A DNA stretch of 19,459 bases from a bacterium. Lineage in GTDB: Bacteria > Sysuimicrobiota > Sysuimicrobiia > Sysuimicrobiales > Humicultoraceae. Of this stretch, positions 1 through 7,408 are shown one piece after another. Both the position numbers and the translations under genes were made by a program. The number at the start of each line of letters is the position of its first letter. Position 1 is the stretch's first letter. The DNA is taken from assembly GCA_041497675.1 (NCBI GenBank), contig JBGQGY010000071.1, forward strand, positions 1 through 19,459. The letters run 5' to 3'. Under the pieces are notes generated by a model. That model was not told the origin of the DNA and made no database searches. It saw only the letters and a list, made by a program, of their open reading frames with translations.

Positions 1-53
1 CCCTCATGGTGTGTGCCGAGCCAGAGGCGCCCCCACCGCGCCCACCTCCCGAA

Positions 54-109
54 GCCGAACGATCAAGCTCAGCGGCGGCGCAGCCGTCCGCTGCCGCGCC
101 TAGTTAGGC
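54..109 (-). mobile_element. attC: Integron attC recombination site (56 bp)
   Basis: Minus strand reads R'' GCCTAAC, 5-bp spacer TAGGC, L'' GCGGCAGC, central hairpin GGACGGC-TGC-GCCGCC with one unpaired base, L' GCTGAGC, 6-bp spacer TTGATC, R' GTTCGGC. The stop codon TAA of the upstream gene lies inside R''. Confidence 0.85.
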
Positions 110-661
110 GCCGGCCCCTGCAGCCGCCCGCCGGATCAGATCGTTGGACGGCCACCCGGGGTCCAGTACCTTTCGGGCCGTCTCGGCCCCGGCGACTGGC
201 AGGTGCGACGGGTCGAGCAACCCGAGTTGCACCAGGACCGACGCCTGATCCCAGTAGATCCGCTCATACACGACCTGTCCCGCACGCAACTGGACGACGA
301 CCACCAACGGAACCTCGACCCGACGGCCGGTCGGCGCCACGCCGGGCAGCATCCAGTCCATCACGATGTCGTGGGTGAACGCGAAGATCATCTCGTCGAT
401 CACCCGCTCCTGACCGACCGTCCGGCAGACCGGGGTAAGCCGGGTGTCGGCCGGCATCTTCGGGATGAAGTGCCGGCTGTAGAACGCCAGCATCTCGGCC
501 CGGCCCCGACCGCCGGTCATGACGGGGACATGATTGACATAATTGTCGTCGGACATGGTCGCGACAGTGGCGGCCGCGTCCCGGTCCGCGAACTCGCAGC
601 GAAGATGTTCCTCCCATATGTCGATCAGCCGCTGCTCGTCTGGCGTGTACGTCGATTCCAC
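104..661 (-). CDS. SnoaL/NTF2-like ester cyclase family protein (gene cassette)
   Basis: 185 aa with WEEH..EF, YVNHVP..TGG.G, DWMLPG..PTG and ERIYWDQASVL.Q.GL motifs. GTG start with GGAGG upstream; stop lies in attC R''. Confidence 0.85.
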   Translation of the reverse strand: MESTYTPDEQRLIDIWEEHLRCEFADRDAAATVATMSDDNYVNHVPVMTGGRGRAEMLAFYSRHFIPKMPADTRLTPVCRTVGQERVIDEMIFAFTHDIVMDWMLPGVAPTGRRVEVPLVVVVQLRAGQVVYERIYWDQASVLVQLGLLDPSHLPVAGAETARKVLDPGWPSNDLIRRAAAGAGA

Positions 662-695
662 GTCGGAACCTCCCCGTGGGCATCCGCCCGCTGTC

Positions 696-725
696 GCCTA
701 ACGTTTGAGTTGATCGGCAGACAAC
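696..725 (-). mobile_element. Cassette 5' boundary: core site GTTAGGC with an L'-like box (partial attC or attI-like site)
   Basis: Minus strand GATCAAC-TCAAAC-GTTAGGC. The core at 702-696 is the exact complement of the cassette R'' GCCTAAC at 109-103. No R'' was found upstream. Confidence 0.65.
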
Positions 726-729
726 GGCT

Positions 730-819
730 TTCTCCCTCATAGACTGATGTCTCAAGCCTGAGTTTCTTGTCCCTTACCGGAGGGTAGAAGCCGATGTGCT
801 TCTTGAAGGCGCCGAAGTC
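730..819 (-). pseudogene. Fragment of a DUF1801/YdhG-like gene
   Basis: Manual translation DFGAFKKHIGFYPPVRDKKLRLETSVYEGE resembles the F.AFKKHIGFYPP...Y.GEKG segment of DUF1801 proteins. Similarity is lost on both sides. Confidence 0.6.
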
Positions 820-925
820 AATGCTGGAGGCGGGGCGGCTTGAGGCCGCGCGGCGCGCGAGGCCGAAGGTGGATATGATTGAGGGACACCTTCCGCTCCA
901 GTCTGGTTCTTAGAGGAGACCCCAG

Positions 926-2164
926 ATGACTATCGACACTGGGAACACCGGCTTCATGCTCCTGTGCTCGAGCCTCGTGATGTTGATGACGCCCGGGCTG
1001 GCGTTCTTCTACGGCGGGCTCGTCGGTCGCAAGAACGTCCTCGCCATCATGATGCAGAGCTTCGTCTCCATGGGCTGGACGACCGTGCTCTGGTGGGCTT
1101 TCGGCTTCTCGCTGTCCTTTTCCGGCAACCTCGCGGGCGGCACCGACTTCGCCGGCGTCGTCGGCAACCTCGACTGGGCGTTCCTGCGCGGCATCACCCT
1201 CGCCACGCCGGCGCCGATCAACGGCTCGATCCCGATGATCGTCTTCATCGCTTATCAGATGATGTTCGCGATCATCACCCCGGCGTTGATCACCGGTGCC
1301 TTCACCAATCGGGTCACCTTCAAGGCCTACATGGCCTTCCTCACCGGCTGGTTGGTCCTCGTCTACTTCCCGTTCGTCCACATGGTGTGGGGCGGCGGGA
1401 TCCTGGCGCAGTGGGGCGTCCTCGACTTCGCCGGCGGCATCGTCGTCCACAACATCGCCGGCATCGCCGCCCTTGCCTCGGTGCTCTACGTCGGCAAGCG
1501 CAAGATCGTCGACCGCGGGCCACACTCCATCCCGCTCGTGGCGCTCGGCACCGGCCTGCTCTGGTTCGGCTGGTACGGCTTCAACGCCGGCAGCGAGTTT
1601 CGGGTCGACTCGGTCACCGCCGTAGCCTTCCTGAACACAGATCTGGCGGCCAGCTTCGCCGCCATCGCCTGGCTCGCCGTCGACTGGATGACCACCAAGA
1701 AGCCCAAGTTCCTCGGCCTCCTGACCGGCGCGGTCGCCGGCTTGGCGACCATCACCCCGTCCGCCGGCTACGTCTCCCCAGCCTCCGCCTGCCTGATCGG
1801 ACTGATCGCCGGCATCGTCTGCTTCTACGCCGTGACGCTCAAGAACCGTCTGGGCTGGGACGACGCGCTCGACGTCTGGGGCGTCCACGGCGTCGGCGGC
1901 TTCATCGGCATCGCCCTCTGCGGCGTCTTCGCCACCAAGGCGTTCAACCCGGCCGGCGCCGACGGCCTATTGCGGGGCAATTCGCACTTCTTCCTCATCC
2001 AGCTCGGCGCCGTCGTCCTCTCCTCGGTATGGGCGCTCCTCTTCACCTTCGGCATGCTCTGGCTGATCGACCGGTTCACTCCGGTGAGGGTCGAGGACAG
2101 CGACGAGGCGATGGGCCTGGACGAGGCGCTGCACGGGGAGACCGCGTATCTCGAAGGCGTCTGA
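926..2164 (+). CDS. amtB: Ammonium transporter (Amt family)
   Basis: LMTPGLAFFYGG, DFAGGIVVH, WFGWYGFNAGS and DDALDVWGVHG (twin-His) motifs; GAGGAG RBS. Confidence 0.97.
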   Translation: MTIDTGNTGFMLLCSSLVMLMTPGLAFFYGGLVGRKNVLAIMMQSFVSMGWTTVLWWAFGFSLSFSGNLAGGTDFAGVVGNLDWAFLRGITLATPAPINGSIPMIVFIAYQMMFAIITPALITGAFTNRVTFKAYMAFLTGWLVLVYFPFVHMVWGGGILAQWGVLDFAGGIVVHNIAGIAALASVLYVGKRKIVDRGPHSIPLVALGTGLLWFGWYGFNAGSEFRVDSVTAVAFLNTDLAASFAAIAWLAVDWMTTKKPKFLGLLTGAVAGLATITPSAGYVSPASACLIGLIAGIVCFYAVTLKNRLGWDDALDVWGVHGVGGFIGIALCGVFATKAFNPAGADGLLRGNSHFFLIQLGAVVLSSVWALLFTFGMLWLIDRFTPVRVEDSDEAMGLDEALHGETAYLEGV

Positions 2165-2226
2165 GCCATGGCCGCAAGCTCGGCGCGATTCCGGCGTGTA
2201 ACTAGGGCGCGCGGCGCGCGACTCTA

Positions 2227-2255
2227 TTGCTGGGGGTTGTGGCGCGTGCTAGACT
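2227..2255 (+). promoter_or_regulatory. Putative sigma70 promoter for the proS leader
   Basis: TTGCTG, 17 bp, TAGACT with extended TG, just upstream of T-box Stem I. Confidence 0.6.
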
Positions 2256-2266
2256 CCGCCTGATAA

Positions 2267-2412
2267 CGGCGATGACGGGGCAACCCACCCCTGAGCCGCG
2301 GCTGATGAGGCCGCCGGGCGCGCCCGATACGCGCAGAGAGTGCCAGAACCTGGAACAAGGGTGGTACCGCGGGAACCTCCCGTCCCTTGAGGATGTGAGG
2401 TTCTTTCCTTTT
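2267..2412 (+). ncRNA. T-box riboswitch (Pro specifier, ultra-short Stem I)
   Basis: Antiterminator AAGGG-TGGTACC-GCG...CGT-CCCTT (2358-2388). Stem I GGCGATGAC-GGGG-CAACCCA-CCCC-TGAGCC with CCC at 2284-2286. Stem IIA/B CGGGCGCGCCCG-ATAC-GCGC. Located upstream of proS. Confidence 0.9.
2372..2412 (+). terminator. T-box intrinsic terminator
   Basis: GAACCTC.CGTCC-CTTGA-GGATG.GAGGTTC hairpin followed by TTTCCTTTT; it overlaps the antiterminator 3' arm. Confidence 0.75.
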
Positions 2413-2422
2413 GAGGGAGTGC

Positions 2423-3868
2423 ATGTCCACCGAGGCGCAGGCGTTCGTTAAAGAAATCCCGAGCAAGGCCGAGCACTTCTCGGATTGGTACACCGCCGTC
2501 GTCCTCAAGGCCGAACTCGCCGACTACTCGCCCGTCCGGGGCTGCATGGTCATCCGGCCGTACGGCTACGCGCTGTGGGAAGGCATGCAGCGCTGGCTCG
2601 ACGAGCGCTTCAAGGCCACGGGACACTCCAACGCCTACTTCCCGCTCTTCGTCCCAGAGTCGTTGCTTAAGAAGGAAGCGGAGCACGTCGAGGGGTTCGC
2701 GCCCGAGGTGGCCTGGGTCACACACGGCGGCGCCGAGGAGCTGGCCGAGCGGCTGGCGGTCCGGCCGACGTCTGAGGCCATCATCATGCCGATGTACGCC
2801 AAGTGGATCCAATCCTACCGCGACCTGCCGGTGCTGCAACTGCAGTGGAACAGCGTCGTGCGCTGGGAGAAGTCCACGCGTCTGTTCCTGCGCACCACCG
2901 AGTTTCTGTGGCACGAGGGCCACACGGCGCACGCCACCTTTGAGGATGCCGATCGGGAGTGCCTCACGATCCTCGAGATCTACCGCCAGTTACTGGAAGA
3001 CGTCCTCGCGATCCCGGTGCTCGTCGGCCGCAAGCCGCCGTCCGAGCGGTTCGCCGGCGCGGACAACACGTACACGCTCGAGGCGCTCATGCCGGACAGC
3101 CAGGCGATCCAGGCGGGCACGAGCCATTTCCTCGGGCAGCGGTTCGCGAAGGCGTTTGGCGTGAAGTTCCTCGATCGCGACAACACTGAGAAGTTCGTGT
3201 GGACGACGTCGTGGGCGGTGTCCACCAGGCTGATCGGCACGCTGATCATGGCGCACGGCGACGACCGCGGCCTCGGGCTGCCGCCGCGCATCGCGCCGAT
3301 CCAAGTCGTCATCGTGCCGATCCTCGGCAAGAAAGAATCAGAAAAAGTACTCGATGCCGCTCGCGCGCTTGCCTCGCGTCTGGGGACGGTAGCGCGGGTG
3401 CGCCTCGATGATCGCGACGAGTACACGCCGGGCTGGAAGTTCAACGAGTGGGAGATGCGCGGTGTCCCGGTGCGCCTGGAGATCGGTCCACGCGACGTGG
3501 CCGCGAATCAGGTCGTCATGGTGAAGCGGACAGGCGGCGGCAAGACCACCATCTCGCTGGATGGGATCGAGCAGGCGGTGCGGGACGCCCTCGACGACGT
3601 GCAGCAAACGTATCACGCGCGGGCGAAGACGTTTCGCGACTCGCACATGGTGGAGGCCGATACCCTGGAAGAGGTCGAGAAGGCTATCCGCGACCGGCGC
3701 GGTTTCGTGAAGACGGGGTGGTGTGGCGATCAGTCGTGCGAGGATGTCATCCGCGAGCGTACCGGCGCGTCACCGCGCGTGATCCCGCTGGACGACGCGC
3801 CGGAGGGCGACTGTCTGGTCTGCGGGAAGCCATCGACCGCCACCATGTTCTATGCGAGGGCCTACTGA
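2423..3868 (+). CDS. proS: Proline--tRNA ligase, archaeal/eukaryote-like (Thermus-type), no INS editing domain
   Basis: VRPTSE, FLRTTEFLWHEGHTAH, QAGTSHFLGQ.F and MAHGDD.GL motifs; C-terminal WCG...C..CLVC Zn site; ends ARAY. ATG at 2423 follows GAGGGAG. Confidence 0.97.
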   Translation: MSTEAQAFVKEIPSKAEHFSDWYTAVVLKAELADYSPVRGCMVIRPYGYALWEGMQRWLDERFKATGHSNAYFPLFVPESLLKKEAEHVEGFAPEVAWVTHGGAEELAERLAVRPTSEAIIMPMYAKWIQSYRDLPVLQLQWNSVVRWEKSTRLFLRTTEFLWHEGHTAHATFEDADRECLTILEIYRQLLEDVLAIPVLVGRKPPSERFAGADNTYTLEALMPDSQAIQAGTSHFLGQRFAKAFGVKFLDRDNTEKFVWTTSWAVSTRLIGTLIMAHGDDRGLGLPPRIAPIQVVIVPILGKKESEKVLDAARALASRLGTVARVRLDDRDEYTPGWKFNEWEMRGVPVRLEIGPRDVAANQVVMVKRTGGGKTTISLDGIEQAVRDALDDVQQTYHARAKTFRDSHMVEADTLEEVEKAIRDRRGFVKTGWCGDQSCEDVIRERTGASPRVIPLDDAPEGDCLVCGKPSTATMFYARAY

Positions 3869-3873
3869 CGCCG

Positions 3874-4665
3874 GTGCAGTACCTGATCCTCGCTCGACCT
3901 CTGGTCTTCATGGACTTTGAGTCCACCGGAACGAACCCGCTGACCGATCGCATTGTCGAGCTGTCGATGATCAGGGTGTGGCCCGACGGACGCCGCGAGA
4001 CCCTCACGCGGCGCGTCAATCCCGGCATGCCGATTCCTCCCGAGACGACCCGCTTTCACGGGATCACTGACGCCGACGTCGCCGGCGCACCGACCTTCGC
4101 GGAGATCGCGCCCGAGATCCTCGCGTTCATCGACGACGCCGATCTCGCCGGGTTCAACGTGCAGCGCTTCGACCTGCCGCTGCTCCGCCGAGAGCTCTCG
4201 CGTATCGGGAAGGCGCTGGACGTCACCGGCCGCGCCATTGTCGATCCGCAGACCATTTATCATCGCCGGGTGCCGCGCGACCTGGCGGCCGCCTACCAAT
4301 ACTACTGCGGCAAGGAACTCGTCGACGCGCACCATGCCCGCGCGGACATCGAAGCCTGTGTCGAGATCCTCGACGCGCAGCTCGCGATCTACGCCGACCT
4401 GCCGCGGACGCCACAGGAACTCTTCGAGCACTTCACCCCGCGCGACCCAGCCGCCATCGATCCCGACGGACGGTTCGTCTGGAGGGGAGACGAGGTCGTG
4501 CTGACCTTCGGGCCCGACGATGTGCGGGGCCGGACGCTGCGGGATGTCGTGGCACAGGATCGAGGCTTTCTGGAATGGGTCCTCCGGAAGGACTTTCACC
4601 CGGAGGTCAAACGCATCATTCAGGACGCGCTGGAGGGACGCCTGCCTACGGCGCCGACATCGTAA
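3874..4665 (+). CDS. DEDDh 3'-5' exonuclease (DnaQ/epsilon-like) with C-terminal extension
   Basis: ExoI DFESTG, ExoII FN..RFD and ExoIII HHARAD motifs. GTG start 5 bp after the proS stop. Confidence 0.88.
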   Translation: MQYLILARPLVFMDFESTGTNPLTDRIVELSMIRVWPDGRRETLTRRVNPGMPIPPETTRFHGITDADVAGAPTFAEIAPEILAFIDDADLAGFNVQRFDLPLLRRELSRIGKALDVTGRAIVDPQTIYHRRVPRDLAAAYQYYCGKELVDAHHARADIEACVEILDAQLAIYADLPRTPQELFEHFTPRDPAAIDPDGRFVWRGDEVVLTFGPDDVRGRTLRDVVAQDRGFLEWVLRKDFHPEVKRIIQDALEGRLPTAPTS

Positions 4666-6823
4666 CCTTCTCGTTGTACCCGAACATCGAGACCGCCATG
4701 TGGTGCGCTTCGCCTTCCATGAAGAGGCGCGCCGGATAGGCCGTGGCCAGGTCGATCCAGACCGCGAAGTGGAGGGCGCCGCTGGGCTCCGAGAACGTCA
4801 CGACCTGCGTCTGGCGCCCGTTGAGGTCGGCTTTCACCCCGAGCCGCGCTCCGACGATCCCGGTGGCCAGCGGGAAGCGAAACCGGACTTCCACAGAGCC
4901 GGGCCGCTCATTGATGTTCCATTTGCTTCCCTTGACGCGCGTGTAGGACTTCCTCCCCAGCACGCGACCCTCTTCCCCCGCGCTGGTGCGATACGTGAAC
5001 CGATCGGGTGGAGCGAACACGTACTCGCGGGTCACGATGGTGCCGTCGCCCGCCGAATAGTGCTCGACTTCCCGCCACGCGCTGATCTTCGCCACCTGTT
5101 GCTCGGCCCGCTTGAGAAGCGCCAGCGCCTGCGGGTCGTTGGGACCGCCCTCGGGTTTGCCGACAAGCACCGGCAGCGCGAGCGACACGTCCTCGGCGCC
5201 CTGCCGCCTCACGGTGATGTCGAGGTCCCACCAGCCGGGAGCCCCAATGAACGGGCCATCGCCGCCGGCTTTGCCGTCCTGACCCGTGAGCTGCGTGACC
5301 TGCGGCGGCAGATCGGTCGTCAACGATCCCAGCCGGAGGATGAAGCGTATCTCCCCGGTCGGGGGCTGCTTGTCCGGTCCCATCGTGACGCTCAGATCGA
5401 CCTTGTTGGCGCCCTGCTTTGCCGGTGACAAGGCGATCGCCACGTTCACGTTGTCGATCGTGCCGCCCATGAGGATTTTCGATTCTTCGGGGCGCTGGTT
5501 TATCGGCGTCTGGCCGTCGGCCGATTCAGTCCCTGTCACGGGCTGCGAGATCGCGACCGCCGCCGCGACAAGCACCACCGTCAGGGCGAGTGCCGTCTCG
5601 ACCCGGACCAACAACGTCAGCGGCGCCCACATGCGGGACGCGCCGGCCAGACGCGGGACGATGCGCCAACGGTTGACCGCTGCCGTCAGCAGCAGCGGGG
5701 TTAAGATGATGAGTTTAATGAGCAGGGTGCGGCCGTACACGGGTCCCAGCAGCGCCGACAGTGTGCCGAGGTAGAAGTACGCCTGTGTGACACCGGTCGC
5801 CACCAGAGTGATGACAGTGACAAGCGCGAGCCGTGAGAATCGCAGCGCGCCGGTCTTGACGACATCCGGCGTCACGCGGTGGATCACGGGGAGGTAAAGC
5901 GCTCCGAAGAACGCGAGCCCACCGACCCACACGCTGGCCGAGACGATATGCACGAGGCTGACCAGGCTGCCGATAGCCCCCCGGGTGAGCCCGTGCGTCG
6001 TGAGCACGGGCCCGATCAGCAACACGCTGAGAATCGCGATCAACCCATCGCGTTCGATTGGTCGTTGTGGTTTGAGCTGGATCAGCAAGAAGGCTGCGCC
6101 GGTCAGCCTGAAGGTCAGATCGTGCCCGTCGTGCGACACGGACAGCACCCGCAGCAGCGGCTCGCCGAGCGCGCCGGAGAGCGACAGCGTTCCCGCGATG
6201 GCCATCGCGTCGTTGACCAGCCTGTAGACGCCCGAGACGACGATCATCACAGTGGCGACCTGCGCGACCCGGTACAGGTGCACTCGGAGGTCGCCCGTCG
6301 CCGCCGCCGGGATCGGAAGCCACAGGAAGGCCACAATGCCGCCGGTCAGCAGCAGCACGCCGACCAGACCGAGCCATCGGGCCAGCACGTCCTGCCAGGC
6401 CGGCGCCGCGACCGTGCTGGACGCGCCGACCGGCACGGCGACGGCGCCCACGCCAAACGCAAACGATCCCCTCGTCAGGTGGCCGTCTACAGCAGAGATG
6501 ACGCGCCAGTCGACGATGTAGAGACCGGTCTCCAGCGACGGCACGTTGTAGACGACCGTGCGCCCGACACTCGAGAGGGGCTTCAACGGGATCCGCGTGC
6601 CGTCACGCACCAGGACGACGGTGCTGATCCGCGAGTCGACCGCTTCATTGAACTGCAACTCCATGCGGTCGGGGGAGGCCCTGAGCACGCTGCCGTGGGC
6701 GGGGGTCGAGAACTGGAGGACGGCGTGGGCCGAGGCGGCGGAGGAGAACAGTAGGACGAGCAGGACCATAGTACCCAGAAGACGGAGGGGCTGGTGGGGG
6801 GGAACACTAAATGGGATCGACAT
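4646..6823 (-). CDS. CopC-CopD copper uptake/resistance fusion with C-terminal extracytoplasmic domains
   Basis: Signal peptide then HAVL..STP, FNE and WRVISAVDGH (CopC). Transmembrane region with H..SASVWVGG, RFS and YGRTLLIK (CopD). About 300-aa soluble C-terminus. Start could also be 6769. Confidence 0.85.
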   Translation of the reverse strand: MSIPFSVPPHQPLRLLGTMVLLVLLFSSAASAHAVLQFSTPAHGSVLRASPDRMELQFNEAVDSRISTVVLVRDGTRIPLKPLSSVGRTVVYNVPSLETGLYIVDWRVISAVDGHLTRGSFAFGVGAVAVPVGASSTVAAPAWQDVLARWLGLVGVLLLTGGIVAFLWLPIPAAATGDLRVHLYRVAQVATVMIVVSGVYRLVNDAMAIAGTLSLSGALGEPLLRVLSVSHDGHDLTFRLTGAAFLLIQLKPQRPIERDGLIAILSVLLIGPVLTTHGLTRGAIGSLVSLVHIVSASVWVGGLAFFGALYLPVIHRVTPDVVKTGALRFSRLALVTVITLVATGVTQAYFYLGTLSALLGPVYGRTLLIKLIILTPLLLTAAVNRWRIVPRLAGASRMWAPLTLLVRVETALALTVVLVAAAVAISQPVTGTESADGQTPINQRPEESKILMGGTIDNVNVAIALSPAKQGANKVDLSVTMGPDKQPPTGEIRFILRLGSLTTDLPPQVTQLTGQDGKAGGDGPFIGAPGWWDLDITVRRQGAEDVSLALPVLVGKPEGGPNDPQALALLKRAEQQVAKISAWREVEHYSAGDGTIVTREYVFAPPDRFTYRTSAGEEGRVLGRKSYTRVKGSKWNINERPGSVEVRFRFPLATGIVGARLGVKADLNGRQTQVVTFSEPSGALHFAVWIDLATAYPARLFMEGEAHHMAVSMFGYNEKVTMSAP

Positions 6824-6879
6824 TGCGTTTAACCACACCAAGGATACTCGCCGAATACGGGGGGCGACAAGAGGATGCG

Positions 6880-7380
6880 ATGCGCGCGGCGATGAACACG
6901 GTGGTCGTGAGTGCGGCAACTGACCGGGTGCGCGAGGCCCTGGCGGCATCGGGTATCGCGGCGGAGATCGTGGAGTTTCCCCAGGGGACCCGGACCGCGC
7001 AGGACGCGGCCCGGGCGATCGGCACGACACTGGGCCAGATCGTCAAATCGCTCGTTTTTTTGGCCGACGGGAGACCGATCCTGGTGCTGGCCTCGGGGCG
7101 CAATCACGTGGATACGGGCAAACTGGCGCGCGCCGCGGCGAGCGCGCGCATCGACCGGGCGGATGCCGACCGGGTGCGTGAGACGACCGGATTCGTGATC
7201 GGCGGGGTCCCGCCAGTTGGGCATACTGTATCGTTGGAGACGTTTATCGATGAGGACCTGTTGACGTACGATATCGTCTATGCGGCGGCGGGCACACCGA
7301 CGGCAATCTTCCCGATCGCACCACGCGACCTGGTGCGCGCGACCGGGGGCCGGGTGGTGCACGTCGCGCGGCCGCAGTAG
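6880..7380 (+). CDS. YbaK/ProX (EbsC) family aminoacyl-tRNA deacylase
   Basis: TA.DAA..IG....QIVKSL, TG..IGGVPP and AAG motifs; start uncertain (6880-6907). Confidence 0.88.
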   Translation: MRAAMNTVVVSAATDRVREALAASGIAAEIVEFPQGTRTAQDAARAIGTTLGQIVKSLVFLADGRPILVLASGRNHVDTGKLARAAASARIDRADADRVRETTGFVIGGVPPVGHTVSLETFIDEDLLTYDIVYAAAGTPTAIFPIAPRDLVRATGGRVVHVARPQ

Positions 7381-7408
7381 TCCTGGCGCCGATTTGAGGA
7401 GGTGTCCC

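Noticed and set aside
1..53. Start of the next cassette gene (minus-strand ATG at 7)
   Set aside because: Only two codons are visible, so it cannot be supported.
700..2400. Integron integrase, transposase or tRNA integration site
   Set aside because: No tyrosine-recombinase or transposase motifs and no tRNA cloverleaf recognised.
3448..3873. N-terminal extension of the exonuclease ORF overlapping proS
   Set aside because: Off-frame read of proS; exonuclease similarity begins at GTG 3874. The ORF-track extensions of copCD, the M28 peptidase, ribD and the ferritin gene were rejected likewise.
4646..4665. Convergent 3' gene overlaps (also 8671-8689)
   Set aside because: Short tail-to-tail overlaps are common in compact GC-rich genomes.
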